This document shows, in pieces, positions 26,393 to 36,562 of a stretch of 64,000 bases of DNA. The position numbers and the translations under genes were made by a program. The stretch is taken from NCBI GenBank assembly GCA_965217585.1, contig OZ244561.1:1632001-1696000 (forward strand). Reading direction: 5' to 3'. The first letter of the stretch is position 1, and each line of letters starts with the position of its first letter. The stretch comes from Candidatus Latescibacterota bacterium. Its GTDB lineage: Bacteria > Latescibacterota > UBA2968 > UBA8231. The notes under the pieces were generated by a model. It did not search any database and was not told where the DNA came from. It saw nothing but the letters and a program-made list of their open reading frames with translations.

Positions 26393-28234
26393 TTAGTACA
26401 TCTGCTCTTCCTGCGCGACCCACCAGTCTTGCAAGCGGACACCGGGGGGATACCAAGTGACGCCGCTGAAGCGCCGACTATAGGCTTGGGACGAGCGCGA
26501 CTTCCACATGAAGGTGTACGGCTGTTCTTCGCGTAGGATCTCCTGAAAGCGGCGATAGAGCTCGATGCGCTTATCCACGTCAAACTCGCGGCGGTAGGAC
26601 TCCAAGATGTTATCAACTTCGTCGTTGATAAAGCTCACGTGGTTGGAGCCGTTTTTTACCGCTTGGGAGGAATGCCAGATCTGGTAGCCGTCGGGAGCAA
26701 AGCGCAGGCTGCCGGTCCAGCCCAACACTATTGCGTCAAAATCCTTGCTCTTGACCTTTTGCAGGAAGATCGACCAGTCTAGCTCGCGCACTTGACAGTC
26801 AATGCCGATATCTTGCAACTCGTATTGGACCGTCAGGGCGATGTCTTTGCGAATCTGGTTGCCCGAGTTGACCAAGATCTCAAAGCTAAATGGCACCAAC
26901 TCCCCATCGATGGTCTTGTCGAGAATGCCGTCCTCGTCGGCGTCCGCCCAGCCAGCCTCTGCGAGCAGGTCGAGGGCGTGGTCGGGATCATACGTGTACG
27001 GCGCGAGGGCGTGGTTGTATTCGGGGCGGAACTTGTTGATCGGCCCCTCCACCGTCTCGGCCAAGCCGAACATGATGTTCTCCACCATGCCTTCTCGGTC
27101 GGTCAAATAGGTCATGGCTTGGCGCACCTGCTTATCGCCGAAAATCGGATGGTTGTTGTTCCACCCTATGTACATATAACCCTCGGAGTAGCTGACGCCT
27201 TTGAGGAAGCGGCGGTTGAAGTCGTCCGACCAACTCTTTTCCTTGAACTCCAGAGGACGCAGGCTGTGGTAGTCGAGGTGGCCGTTGGTCAGCTCGATGA
27301 ACGCCGCGTCGGTATTGTTGATGATGTTAAAGACGATCTTATCGACAAAGCCGGGCGGCAGCAGCCCTTCCACATCCCGACCCCAGTAGTTTTCATTCCG
27401 CGTCAGCACGACCTTCTGCTGAGTGACCAAATCGCGCTCTGGATCTTCAATCATGTACTGCCCCGACCCGAGAGCCTTGCGATTGAAATTTTGGTTGAAC
27501 TGTTCAGCAAAGCGCTGGACTCGTTCCTTGTGCGGCCCCTCCTCCCAAGAGCCATCCACCAAGCTCTTAAAATCGACCGAATCCATCAGCCCCTCTGGGT
27601 CGTAGAAATGCTTAGGCAGGATGGAGAAGCCGCCCAAGATCAGGTCATTGCGGAAATAAGGCTCGCGGCAAAGGAAGCGAATCTTGTTGGTGCCCACGAT
27701 CTGCACGTCCCGGACGGTAGCATAGTAGTTGCGCAGATGCGGCGCTAGCACTTGGGGGTTGTGGATGACCTTCATGCTGAAGACTACATCCGCAGCCGTC
27801 AGCGGCTTGCCGTCTGAGAAGTACACTCCGTCGCGCAACTCAAACGTGTACGTCAGTTTGTCCTCAGCAATCTCTGGATAGCCGACGGCCACCCAGCCCC
27901 GCAGGTTGTACGGGGGATCATGGTCAGCGTCGAGCAGGGTCTCAAAAATATGCCCCAGTACCTGGCTAGCACTGGCATCGCTGGAGGTGTACGGGTTGAG
28001 CTTTTCGGGGTCGGACAGCATGTGACGCACCATCCAGTCGCCGTGGGTCGGCTCTTCACCTCCCTCGTAGCGCAGCGGCACCTTTTCGGTGCCGTCGAGT
28101 ACGACGATATCTTTGGTACTCATGAGAATTTCCTGCACTACTTCCCATGCTGAAGAGGGGTCATGGGAAGTAGTGCAGGAAATGACGCAGACGCCCAACC
28201 AAGCGGCCACAACGAACATTTTAACTTTCGGCAT
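26393..28234 (-). CDS. Peptide ABC transporter substrate-binding lipoprotein (family 5)
   Basis: Lipobox VISC; DPEKLNPY, YTFELRDGVYFSDGKPLTAADVVFS, VRQAM, YDPDHALDLLAEAGW. Confidence 0.93.
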   Translation of the reverse strand: MPKVKMFVVAAWLGVCVISCTTSHDPSSAWEVVQEILMSTKDIVVLDGTEKVPLRYEGGEEPTHGDWMVRHMLSDPEKLNPYTSSDASASQVLGHIFETLLDADHDPPYNLRGWVAVGYPEIAEDKLTYTFELRDGVYFSDGKPLTAADVVFSMKVIHNPQVLAPHLRNYYATVRDVQIVGTNKIRFLCREPYFRNDLILGGFSILPKHFYDPEGLMDSVDFKSLVDGSWEEGPHKERVQRFAEQFNQNFNRKALGSGQYMIEDPERDLVTQQKVVLTRNENYWGRDVEGLLPPGFVDKIVFNIINNTDAAFIELTNGHLDYHSLRPLEFKEKSWSDDFNRRFLKGVSYSEGYMYIGWNNNHPIFGDKQVRQAMTYLTDREGMVENIMFGLAETVEGPINKFRPEYNHALAPYTYDPDHALDLLAEAGWADADEDGILDKTIDGELVPFSFEILVNSGNQIRKDIALTVQYELQDIGIDCQVRELDWSIFLQKVKSKDFDAIVLGWTGSLRFAPDGYQIWHSSQAVKNGSNHVSFINDEVDNILESYRREFDVDKRIELYRRFQEILREEQPYTFMWKSRSSQAYSRRFSGVTWYPPGVRLQDWWVAQEEQMY

Positions 28235-28267
28235 ATTCTTCCCTTTGTACTAGCTATACCAAATCCA

Positions 28268-29188
28268 TCACACGAAGGTCAACCATCCGTGCCGATCCTC
28301 GACTTCGACGCGAACCACTGCGAAAAAGGCGTCTTGTATCTGCGCCGTGATCGGCCCGCACTTCCCACAGCCGATCGGCACTTGGTCGACGGCACGGATC
28401 GGCGTGATTTCGGCGGCCGTGCCGGTGAAGAACACCTCGTCGGCGATGTAGAGGAACTCGCGCGGAATACCGCGTTGCTCTACTCGCATTCCCAGATCGC
28501 GTATCAGGGTAATGGCGGTGTGGCGGGTGATGCCCGGCAGGATGGCAAAACACGATTCGGGCGTGTAGATCGAGCCGTTCTTGATGACAAAGATGTTCTC
28601 GCCGCTGCCCTCGCTCACCAACCCATCCGTTCCCAAGACAATGCCCTCGTCATAGCCGTTCGCATTGGCTTCGATCCGCACGAGCTGCGAGTTGAGGTAG
28701 TTGCCGCCCGCCTTAGCCAAGGCGGGAAACGTATTCGGGGCCATGCGATTCCACGACGAGGTGCAGACCGAAACGCCGTTTTTGAGCGCCGCCTCTCCGA
28801 GGTACTCTCCCCACTCCCAAACGGCGATCACTACATCAACCGGGCATCCCATCGGATCAACTCCCAAGTTCTCATAGCCGCGGAAGACGATCGGGCGGAT
28901 ATAGCAGGCCGCGAGTTGGTTGACGCGGATCGTCTCGAGGATGGCCTCTCTGATTTCCTCGCGCGTATAGGGAATTTCCATGCGGTAGATTTTGGCGGAA
29001 TCAAATAGCCTATTGACGTGCTCGTCGAGGCGGAATACGGCCGAGCCTTTCGCGGTCTTGTAACAGCGAATGCCTTCAAAAACGCTCGAGCCGTAGTGTA
29101 TTACATGGGAGAGCACGTGGATCTTGGCGTCGTCCCAATCGACCAATTGGCCATTGAACCAGATTTTATCGCATTTGGGCAGGGGCAT
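28268..29188 (-). CDS. ilvE: Branched-chain amino acid aminotransferase
   Basis: [48 protein letters not shown]; SD AAGGAG. Confidence 0.96.
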   Translation of the reverse strand: MPLPKCDKIWFNGQLVDWDDAKIHVLSHVIHYGSSVFEGIRCYKTAKGSAVFRLDEHVNRLFDSAKIYRMEIPYTREEIREAILETIRVNQLAACYIRPIVFRGYENLGVDPMGCPVDVVIAVWEWGEYLGEAALKNGVSVCTSSWNRMAPNTFPALAKAGGNYLNSQLVRIEANANGYDEGIVLGTDGLVSEGSGENIFVIKNGSIYTPESCFAILPGITRHTAITLIRDLGMRVEQRGIPREFLYIADEVFFTGTAAEITPIRAVDQVPIGCGKCGPITAQIQDAFFAVVRVEVEDRHGWLTFV

Positions 29189-29263
29189 GTAGAGAATCTC
29201 CTTGGGCAAGCATGCGATTAATTAAGGTAACACCGCTGCGAAACCGTTACCAGTGTTAAGCAA

Positions 29264-31234
29264 TTACAGCGATCGCGAATAGGCCACATTCAAGCTGTTA
29301 AACGTACCGCTGCGCTGGTGACTCCGACTGCCCCGCAAGGTGAGCTTATTGTCGCTGCCGACTGGGTTGTAGTTGAAGTTCGCCGCTAGGTTCCGGTGTT
29401 TATTGTGGCGGTTGAGAGAGCGCGACTGTGCGAGCGTGGAGTAGTTGTAATCCCACTGGCGGGCGAGCTTGTAGGCGTAGCTTACGCCGGCCGAGTAGTC
29501 GGCGCTGGGCGAGTAGGTCATGCCAAATTGGATGGAGTGTGTGGCGTTTTCCTCTTCGACAATCTGGGCACCATTTTCCAAGATCAAAGTGCCGTCATCG
29601 TTGGCCGAGTAGTTGTAGCGCGCGTTGAGCGCAAGGTCGTCGAGGACCTTGCGCCGGAGCGAGTGCCCCATGCTCCAGCCGCGGCGGATATTGCTTTTGC
29701 GCGACGACTCGCGGCGATTGACTTCGCGGTCGAAGTCGTAAATGGTGCGCCTCGCAGAGACGCTGAATCTGTGCGAAAAGGACGCGCTCATGCGCTCGTA
29801 ATTGGTGCCGATACTGAGCGAGAGGTTGCGGTTGCGCGAGTTATCCCCGGCGCGGGTGGCGTGCATGTTCACGCGGTGTAAAAAGCTATTTTTGAGATCG
29901 ACATTGAGCTTGGTGCCCGAGCGCAGGGTTGCGTCGTAGCTAAGGGTAACACTGTTGTTGAAGGTGTCGCGGTCCTGCTTGGGATCCCCTGGATTTTCCG
30001 AGCGTTTGATCTCGCCAAAGGTCGCCAGCCGCAGCGAGTGCGCATCGGATAGGGGCCAGTTGAGAGAGCCGTTGAGAAAGAGGTTGCGGTCGCTCAGGTC
30101 GGAGCTTGGATCGCGGCACGTTCCATCCGCCGAGCGCGTGAAGTGGCTATCACAAAGGCTGGTATCGGGTACCCTCACCGCCAGCCTTCGCATGTCGCTG
30201 CCCTTGAAGCGGACGCTAGAGTTGAAGACCAGCTTCTCGATCAGCTTGCCCGAAAGTGACGCGTCCCAGCTAAAGTTCTCGCCGAGGCGATCGGTGCCGA
30301 AGAAGCGGTTGTCTAAGTCCTGGACCGCGTTGGCGCTGTTGGTGCGCTCGTTTTGACTGTACGAGGCGCGGTTTTGTATTTTGAAGCCCCCTAGATCGAA
30401 CTTCACACTGGAGGAGAAGCTAGTGCGGCGCGTTTCCGATAGCTCGGCGTTGACCATCGTGTCGCGCAGCACGGTCTCGCCGACCACGCCCTCGCTGATG
30501 GCGCGGCGCGTGAAACCTTGCTGAGAGCGGTTCTCAGACATACTCAGACCGACGCGCACCTCGCCGGGGAAGGTATAGCTCACATTGCCGCTCAGCCGCT
30601 CGCTGCGATTCTTGTTGTGTTCGAGCGTATCGTCCGTTTTGCTCAGCGAAATCGAGTTGTTCAGCTTCTGGCTCGCAATCTCGATGTCAGGCGAGACCCT
30701 CAGCGAAGCATTATAGCGGATCCCGGTCTCCTTGATGGTGCTGTCGAGGCTAGCGCGGCTAGCGCGGGTGGCCGTGATTAGGCTCGGGGTCAGGCTGGCA
30801 CTCAGACTCTTGAATGGGCCGCTGCTCAACGGCTTGGACCTAAATCCAAAGTTAAAGGACTGGCTGCGCGTCTTCTGCTTCTGTAGCGTTAAGTTGCGCG
30901 TGCTCATGCTGGCACCGAGGCTGATGGTGGCCTTCGGGCCGAGAATCGGATAGTTGATCGAAGATCGGCCCGAGGCATTGTCCTGCCAACTTTTGCCGCC
31001 GCTGCGATCATCGAGGGAAAACCCCATACTCGCCAATGCGTTAATCGTCAGCTTGGACGTCGAATCGCCCACCGCCGAGAACCGCACGGGCGTCGAGTAG
31101 CTCCAGCTAGGAAACGAGTGGTTCCAAGAGGTGCGGGAACTGGAGCGGCTGAAGTTGAGCTTGTAATGCTGCGCATCGGCCGCCGCCCATGCGGCCAAGA
31201 CGAGCCACGCCACGTGCCACAGGACCGGCTTCAC
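29264..31234 (-). CDS. Uncharacterised Ser/Arg/Asn-rich putative outer-membrane beta-barrel protein
   Basis: GTG start overlapping the rsmA stop; signal peptide ending AADA; many alternating strands; C-terminal LNVAYSRSL. Confidence 0.7.
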   Translation of the reverse strand: MKPVLWHVAWLVLAAWAAADAQHYKLNFSRSSSRTSWNHSFPSWSYSTPVRFSAVGDSTSKLTINALASMGFSLDDRSGGKSWQDNASGRSSINYPILGPKATISLGASMSTRNLTLQKQKTRSQSFNFGFRSKPLSSGPFKSLSASLTPSLITATRASRASLDSTIKETGIRYNASLRVSPDIEIASQKLNNSISLSKTDDTLEHNKNRSERLSGNVSYTFPGEVRVGLSMSENRSQQGFTRRAISEGVVGETVLRDTMVNAELSETRRTSFSSSVKFDLGGFKIQNRASYSQNERTNSANAVQDLDNRFFGTDRLGENFSWDASLSGKLIEKLVFNSSVRFKGSDMRRLAVRVPDTSLCDSHFTRSADGTCRDPSSDLSDRNLFLNGSLNWPLSDAHSLRLATFGEIKRSENPGDPKQDRDTFNNSVTLSYDATLRSGTKLNVDLKNSFLHRVNMHATRAGDNSRNRNLSLSIGTNYERMSASFSHRFSVSARRTIYDFDREVNRRESSRKSNIRRGWSMGHSLRRKVLDDLALNARYNYSANDDGTLILENGAQIVEEENATHSIQFGMTYSPSADYSAGVSYAYKLARQWDYNYSTLAQSRSLNRHNKHRNLAANFNYNPVGSDNKLTLRGSRSHQRSGTFNSLNVAYSRSL

Positions 31235-32058
31235 AGCCCCTCCTTGCCTAAGCGCGAGTAGGCGTCGCCCAGCCGGATGAATTCCTCTAGCGACAATTCC
31301 TCCGGGCGGCGCGTTAATTCGATACCCGCCTGCTGGCCTAGCTCTTGCAGCCAAGGCCGGCCCCCCTCGGGATTGAGGCCGAGGAGCGAATTGCGCAGCA
31401 TCTTGCGCCGCTGGCCAAAGGCTCGGCGCACCAAGCGGTCAAAACAGCCCACGTCCTTTACTGCATAGCGGGGCTTGGGGGCAAAGCGCAGTTCGACTAC
31501 GGCCGAATCCACCGCCGGCACAGGCCGGAAGCAATCGCGCCCCACCTGCAAGTGCATCTCCACTTCGGCTCGCATAGCCACCAGCACCGACAGCAAGCTG
31601 TAATCCTTTGAACCGGGGCTAGCGACCAAGCGCTGAGCCACTTCGCGTTGGACCATGACGATGGCACGGCTGATACAACCGGCGTGTGCGATGAGGTGAA
31701 AGATCAGCGGAGCGGTGATATTGTAGGGAAGGTTGCCGACAATCAGCAGCCGATGACCGCCCGCGTCCCGCAGAACCTCCCCGAGATCGACTTGCAGAAT
31801 ATCTCCTTCGATCAAGCGCAACCTACACGCGTCTTGGCGTGCGCACAGCAAGGCCACCAAGTCGCGGTCGATTTCCACGGCCACTAGGCGATCCACAGAA
31901 GCGAGCAGCACCTCGGTCAACGCGCCCCGGCCCGGGCCAATCTCGACGACCACCTCGCCAGCGGCCGGGCGCACCAGCCCAGCAATGGCCTCTATGACAC
32001 CTCGGGCGACGAGGAAGTGCTGGGCAAAGCGCCGCCGCGGTCGGTGGGCATTTACCAA
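31231..32058 (-). CDS. rsmA: 16S rRNA m6,2A dimethyltransferase KsgA
   Basis: RFAQHFL, EIGPGRGALT, EIDRDL, GNLPYNIT, MVQREVA, RRKMLRNSL. Confidence 0.95.
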   Translation of the reverse strand: MVNAHRPRRRFAQHFLVARGVIEAIAGLVRPAAGEVVVEIGPGRGALTEVLLASVDRLVAVEIDRDLVALLCARQDACRLRLIEGDILQVDLGEVLRDAGGHRLLIVGNLPYNITAPLIFHLIAHAGCISRAIVMVQREVAQRLVASPGSKDYSLLSVLVAMRAEVEMHLQVGRDCFRPVPAVDSAVVELRFAPKPRYAVKDVGCFDRLVRRAFGQRRKMLRNSLLGLNPEGGRPWLQELGQQAGIELTRRPEELSLEEFIRLGDAYSRLGKEGL

Positions 32059-33191
32059 CGCCGCACCCTCGCCAAGCTGGGGTCGGGTGGAGGCACCAGC
32101 GCTGGCCCCCCACGGCGCAAGCCGCGCCACAGGTCGGTCAACACCAACTGCGGATTGGCATTGTGCTCCAAGGCCTCGGCCGCACGGTCGATCTCCAAGG
32201 CGACTCGGGCAGCGTCTATCTTCTCCAGCAAGTTTTCCAAATAAGGACGCCGATCTACATGGACGACGGACGCGTCTCGGCCGTGCGCCAACAGGAAGAG
32301 ATCCCGTAGATACAGGCCACAGACTTGCAAAAAACACTCTAGCTGGCCCCGATCGCCGCCCAACTCCTCGAGGACGCTCCAATAGACCTCGTCTCGCTGC
32401 TCTGAGCCACCAGAGAGAAACGACTCAACCAACCGCCGCGTTCCGTCAAACGCCCCGGCAGCCACCTCTTTGGCCTGCTGCAACGAGCCAGCCCCCATGC
32501 GCACGGCAAGCTCTAAGCACTCCCCGGCCACGCCCTCTTGTTCGAGCTGCGCCCGCAAGGTCGCCGCATCTAAGGGACTCAAAATCATGCGCTGGCAGCG
32601 CGAGAGCACGGTGGGCAAGAGGCGCTCCGGTGCCGCCGAAACCAGCACAACGACGGCGCGGGCCGGTGGCTCTTCCAAGAGCTTGAGCAGCGAATTGGCA
32701 CCCGCCGGATGCATCCGCTCAGCGGCGAAGATCAGGCCGACTTTGCGCGGAGATTCCCTCGGCGCAAACGCCAATTCTCTTTGCAACTGTCGCAGGTGCT
32801 CAACCGCGATATTGGCGTTGCTGGGCAGAGCCGCGCTCGCGCTGCGGACGTACTCTACTACGGACTCGTGCAAGTCCGCCGGTGAAGGCTTCTGCTTGCC
32901 TCGGCGAGGAGGTAGCGGCAAGGCGGTGTGGAGGTCGGGATGTATGAGCGAGGCGATCTTGCGGCAACTCGGACAGAGGTTGCAGGCGGAGGGGCCGCTG
33001 CCAAGGCACAGCAGGGCTTTCGCCCACGCGAGTGCAAAGCGCCGTTTGCCGGTTCCCTCGGCCCCGCAGATGAGAACCGCATGGGGGATGCGGCCCGATT
33101 CGAGCCAAGCTGCGGCCACGGCCCCAGCCCGATCTCGACGAGCCAGATCGCTAAACTCCCCGGAGTGCGGGGTGCCGCCCGTGCTGTACAA
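32052..33191 (-). CDS. holB: DNA polymerase III subunit delta'
   Basis: HAVLICGAEGTGK, C..CNLCPSC...HPD, ANSLLKLLEEPP, LLPTVLSRCQ. Confidence 0.9.
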   Translation of the reverse strand: MYSTGGTPHSGEFSDLARRDRAGAVAAAWLESGRIPHAVLICGAEGTGKRRFALAWAKALLCLGSGPSACNLCPSCRKIASLIHPDLHTALPLPPRRGKQKPSPADLHESVVEYVRSASAALPSNANIAVEHLRQLQRELAFAPRESPRKVGLIFAAERMHPAGANSLLKLLEEPPARAVVVLVSAAPERLLPTVLSRCQRMILSPLDAATLRAQLEQEGVAGECLELAVRMGAGSLQQAKEVAAGAFDGTRRLVESFLSGGSEQRDEVYWSVLEELGGDRGQLECFLQVCGLYLRDLFLLAHGRDASVVHVDRRPYLENLLEKIDAARVALEIDRAAEALEHNANPQLVLTDLWRGLRRGGPALVPPPDPSLARVRRW

Positions 33192-33199
33192 TCCAATCC

Positions 33200-34309
33200 T
33201 TATTTCTGCAACAGGCTATCTTGATTGTCCAGAGCAAAAAAGTGGGCTTTATCTATCTCGACGGCCAACCTTACCGTTTGGTCAACTTGCGGCATGTGTA
33301 GCGGATCGACGCGGGCGACGAAAGCGGTCTTGCCGGTGGTCAGGTTGAGGAAGACCTCGTTGCCCATCGGTTCGACCACTTCGACCTTGGCCGCAATTTC
33401 GACGGTCTCGACATTGCGGCCAATGGTATCCGGGTCGTGGATGTCTTCCGGGCGGATGCCCAGCGTCACCTCCTGACCCAAGTAGCTGCCTAGCTGCTCG
33501 CTGTGGCCGGCGGGCAGGGCGAGTTGCACATTGCCTTCGTCGAAGACTAGACCGCTGCCGTTGGAGGATAGCTTGCCGCGGATGAAGTTCATGGAGGGAC
33601 TGCCGATAAAGCCGGCGACGAACTGGTTGACGGGTTTGTTGTAGAGATGGAGAGGCTTGTCGATCTGCTGGATTAGGCCATCGCGCATGACCACGATGCG
33701 GTCTCCCATGGTCATGGCCTCGACTTGGTCGTGCGTCACGTACACCATGGTGGCCCCTAGGCGGGTGTGCAACTTGCTGATTTCGGTGCGCATCTGCACC
33801 CTCAGCTTGGCGTCGAGGTTGGAGAGCGGTTCGTCAAAGAGGAATACCTTGGGCTTGCGGACAATGGCGCGCCCCACCGCCACGCGCTGGCGCTGACCGC
33901 CCGAAAGCGCTTTGGGCTTGCGCTCTAGTAACTCTTGGATGCCGAGTATATCGGCCGCTTCTTGGACCCGCGCCTCAATCTCGTCTTTGGGATATTTCCG
34001 CAGCTTAAGCCCAAAGGCCATGTTTTGATAGACGCTCATGTGCGGGTAGAGCGCGTAATTCTGGAAGACCATGGCGATGTCGCGATCCTTGGGGGGCACG
34101 TCGTTGACGAGCACCCCATCTATCGAAATCTCGCCTGCGGTGATTTCCTCAAGCCCGGCAATCATCCGCAGCGTCGTGGACTTGCCGCAGCCCGAAGGGC
34201 CGACGAGCACCACAAATTCCTTGTCCTTGATCTCGATATCGGCGTCGTCCACCGCTACCACGTCTTTGTCGTACACCTTGCGGATATTCTTCAGAATTAC
34301 TTCAGCCAT
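33200..34309 (-). CDS. Stand-alone sugar ABC ATP-binding protein (MalK/MsmX/UgpC family)
   Basis: [29 protein letters not shown]-terminal TOBE; no sugar permeases adjacent. Confidence 0.93.
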   Translation of the reverse strand: MAEVILKNIRKVYDKDVVAVDDADIEIKDKEFVVLVGPSGCGKSTTLRMIAGLEEITAGEISIDGVLVNDVPPKDRDIAMVFQNYALYPHMSVYQNMAFGLKLRKYPKDEIEARVQEAADILGIQELLERKPKALSGGQRQRVAVGRAIVRKPKVFLFDEPLSNLDAKLRVQMRTEISKLHTRLGATMVYVTHDQVEAMTMGDRIVVMRDGLIQQIDKPLHLYNKPVNQFVAGFIGSPSMNFIRGKLSSNGSGLVFDEGNVQLALPAGHSEQLGSYLGQEVTLGIRPEDIHDPDTIGRNVETVEIAAKVEVVEPMGNEVFLNLTTGKTAFVARVDPLHMPQVDQTVRLAVEIDKAHFFALDNQDSLLQK

Positions 34310-34379
34310 CGCGTCCCTCTTCTACTGTTATGGGCTTTGGCGGTTATTGTCGGGAAAGAGCTAGAGTATAATAAATAAA

Positions 34380-34835
34380 TTACAAAATCTCTATGTTGCG
34401 CTCCATTAAAACGGCGTCGTCCGGAGGATCTCTGTAGTACGCCGCCCGCCGCCCTACGGTCTGGAACCCCGCCTTGCGGTAGAGCGCCCGCGCGGCTCGA
34501 TTTGCCGAGCGCACTTCGAGCGCACAACAACTAGCGCCCTGTTCTGCGGCCAAGCGCAATATCCGCCCCAACAACTGCCCAGCCCACCCCTGGTTCCGAC
34601 ATGCCGGATCTACTGCGAGATTGGCGAGTTGAAAATCGCGGCCGGCGAAATAACCCAGCGCGTAGCCGATCAGTTCGCCGCTGTGCAAAAGCCCCAAACA
34701 CAGGGCCTCTCTATCTGCAAGTAAGTAGCGAAAATCGGCCTCGCTCCACGGATTGGCGAAAGAGCCTCGCTCAATATCCATCAGGCGATGTAGGTGGATC
34801 GGCCCTAGCGGTACGAAGCGACTCTCGCCGCTCAT
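34380..34835 (-). CDS. rimI: Ribosomal protein S18 alanine N-acetyltransferase
   Basis: PWS, NLAVDP, LEVRSANRAARALYRKAGF, YY..P..DA; follows tsaB. Confidence 0.88.
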   Translation of the reverse strand: MSGESRFVPLGPIHLHRLMDIERGSFANPWSEADFRYLLADREALCLGLLHSGELIGYALGYFAGRDFQLANLAVDPACRNQGWAGQLLGRILRLAAEQGASCCALEVRSANRAARALYRKAGFQTVGRRAAYYRDPPDDAVLMERNIEIL

Positions 34836-35530
34836 GCCCGCGCTAGGGGACGGGCGTCGGGCGAGCGCAAATACTCGGGTTCCACTGAATCCAAGTCCTC
34901 AGTCTGGCCCTTCTCCAGCTTGGACAGCGCCAGCCAGCCAATGGTCCCGGCGTCGGGACGGGCGCAGGGCAGGGGTGCAAATTGCGCGGCCGAGTTGCCC
35001 GCCAACAGATCGCGATAAACCGAGGCCCCGTCTCCGGTGTAAATCGTCGCCGCGCTAGCCCGCTCTCGGACCAACTGCGCTGGTGCGATGGCCCGGGGCG
35101 GTGCCAATTCGACCGGAACGCCTGTCGCCGTGTCGTAGAGAGCGGCATAGACCTCGCGCTTGCGCGCATCAAGAACAGTACAAACGGGCAGGCGAGCAAA
35201 GGGCAGACGGGCAGCCAATGCCTCCAGCGTTGAAACGGCCACTAGATGCTTGACCGCGGCCAAACACAAGCCCTTAGCCGCGCTCAGCCCGATCCGCAGG
35301 CCAGTAAACGACCCCGGCCCAATCGCGACGGCTACGGCCTGTACTTCCTCGACGCCCACATCTGCTGCCGCTAGTGCTGCCTCCATCTCGCCAAAAAGTC
35401 GCTGTGAATGCTGCAATCCCACATCGAAATATCGGCTGACGACGATCCCTTCTGCCGTGCAGAGCGCCACGCTGCCGACCGGGGTAGCCGTGTCCAACGC
35501 CAGAATCACGTCGCGGCCGGGCGCGCTCAT
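34832..35530 (-). CDS. tsaB: t6A biosynthesis protein TsaB
   Basis: ILALDTAT, HSQRL, GPGSFTGLRIG, DARKREVY, EPEYLR. Confidence 0.93.
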   Translation of the reverse strand: MSAPGRDVILALDTATPVGSVALCTAEGIVVSRYFDVGLQHSQRLFGEMEAALAAADVGVEEVQAVAVAIGPGSFTGLRIGLSAAKGLCLAAVKHLVAVSTLEALAARLPFARLPVCTVLDARKREVYAALYDTATGVPVELAPPRAIAPAQLVRERASAATIYTGDGASVYRDLLAGNSAAQFAPLPCARPDAGTIGWLALSKLEKGQTEDLDSVEPEYLRSPDARPLARA

Positions 35531-36552
35531 AAAAGCTCCAATTGCTCGCCGGGGCCGGGCGGCGGCTCGAGGCCGAGACGATCCCAAGCCCGCGGCATGG
35601 CCACGCGACCTTTGGGGGTGCGCTTGATAAACCCTTCCTTGATCAAATAAGGCTCGACCACTTCCTCGAGGGTCTCGGCTTCCTCGCCGATTATGGCCGC
35701 CAGATTGCTCACGCCGACCGGGCCGCCGTTGAATTTTTCAATAATGGCCCGCAGCAACGCGATATCCATCTCGTCGAGCCCCATCTCGTCGACGCTGTGG
35801 ATGACAAGCGCCTTTTGCACTACTTCGGCATGGATCTCGCCTTCGCCTTCCACTTGGGCAAAATCGCGCGCGCGGCGCAGCCAGCGCTTGGCAATCCGCG
35901 CCGTGCCGCGGGAACGACGGGCAACTTCCATCGCGCCCGATTCTGAGACCGATAAATTCAGCAGGCGAGCGTCGCGCTTGACGATCTCGGCTAGTTCGGC
36001 GACCGAGTAGTAGTCGAGGTGGGCATTGAGCCCAAAGCGCGCGCGCATCGGCGAGGTCAACAGACCCTGACGCGTCGTGGCCCCGACTAAGGTAAAAGGC
36101 TCTAACGCTACGCTGATCGAGCGGGCCGCCGGGCCTTGGTCGATGATGATGTCAATTTTGAAGTCTTCCATCGCCGAGTACAGGTATTCCTCGACCACGC
36201 GGTTGACGCGGTGAATCTCGTCGATGAAGAGCACGTCGCGTGGCTCCATGGTCGTGAGCATGCCAGCCAAGTCGTGCGGACGCTCGAGCAAAGGCCCTGA
36301 CGTGGGATAGATTTCAACGCCTAGCTCTTTGGCGATCACATACGCAAGCGTCGTCTTGCCCAGACCGGGCGGACCGTACAGCAGCACGTGATCCATGGCC
36401 TCGCCGCGCTGCCGAGCAGCTTCAATGGCAATGCCTAGCTGCTGCTTGGTCTTCTCCTGGCCCAGCATCTCGGCCAGGGACTGAGGACGCAGCGTATTGT
36501 CGAAGGGAAGGTCGTCGTCTGCGCTACTAGGATCTATTGGTCGATGGTCCAT
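35527..36552 (-). CDS. ruvB: Holliday junction helicase RuvB
   Basis: LRPQSL, GPPGLGKTT, FIDEIHR, GATT, SRGT, EPYL...RTPKGR. Confidence 0.97.
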   Translation of the reverse strand: MDHRPIDPSSADDDLPFDNTLRPQSLAEMLGQEKTKQQLGIAIEAARQRGEAMDHVLLYGPPGLGKTTLAYVIAKELGVEIYPTSGPLLERPHDLAGMLTTMEPRDVLFIDEIHRVNRVVEEYLYSAMEDFKIDIIIDQGPAARSISVALEPFTLVGATTRQGLLTSPMRARFGLNAHLDYYSVAELAEIVKRDARLLNLSVSESGAMEVARRSRGTARIAKRWLRRARDFAQVEGEGEIHAEVVQKALVIHSVDEMGLDEMDIALLRAIIEKFNGGPVGVSNLAAIIGEEAETLEEVVEPYLIKEGFIKRTPKGRVAMPRAWDRLGLEPPPGPGEQLELL

Positions 36553-36562
36553 AGCCGGGCCT

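Noticed and set aside
33200-34309. The MalK-like ATPase as the missing ATPase for the peptide permeases
   Set aside because: It is a carbohydrate-uptake (CUT1) ATPase with a TOBE domain and lacks the Cys-rich C-terminus of OppD/OppF; shared orphan MsmX-type ATPases are common
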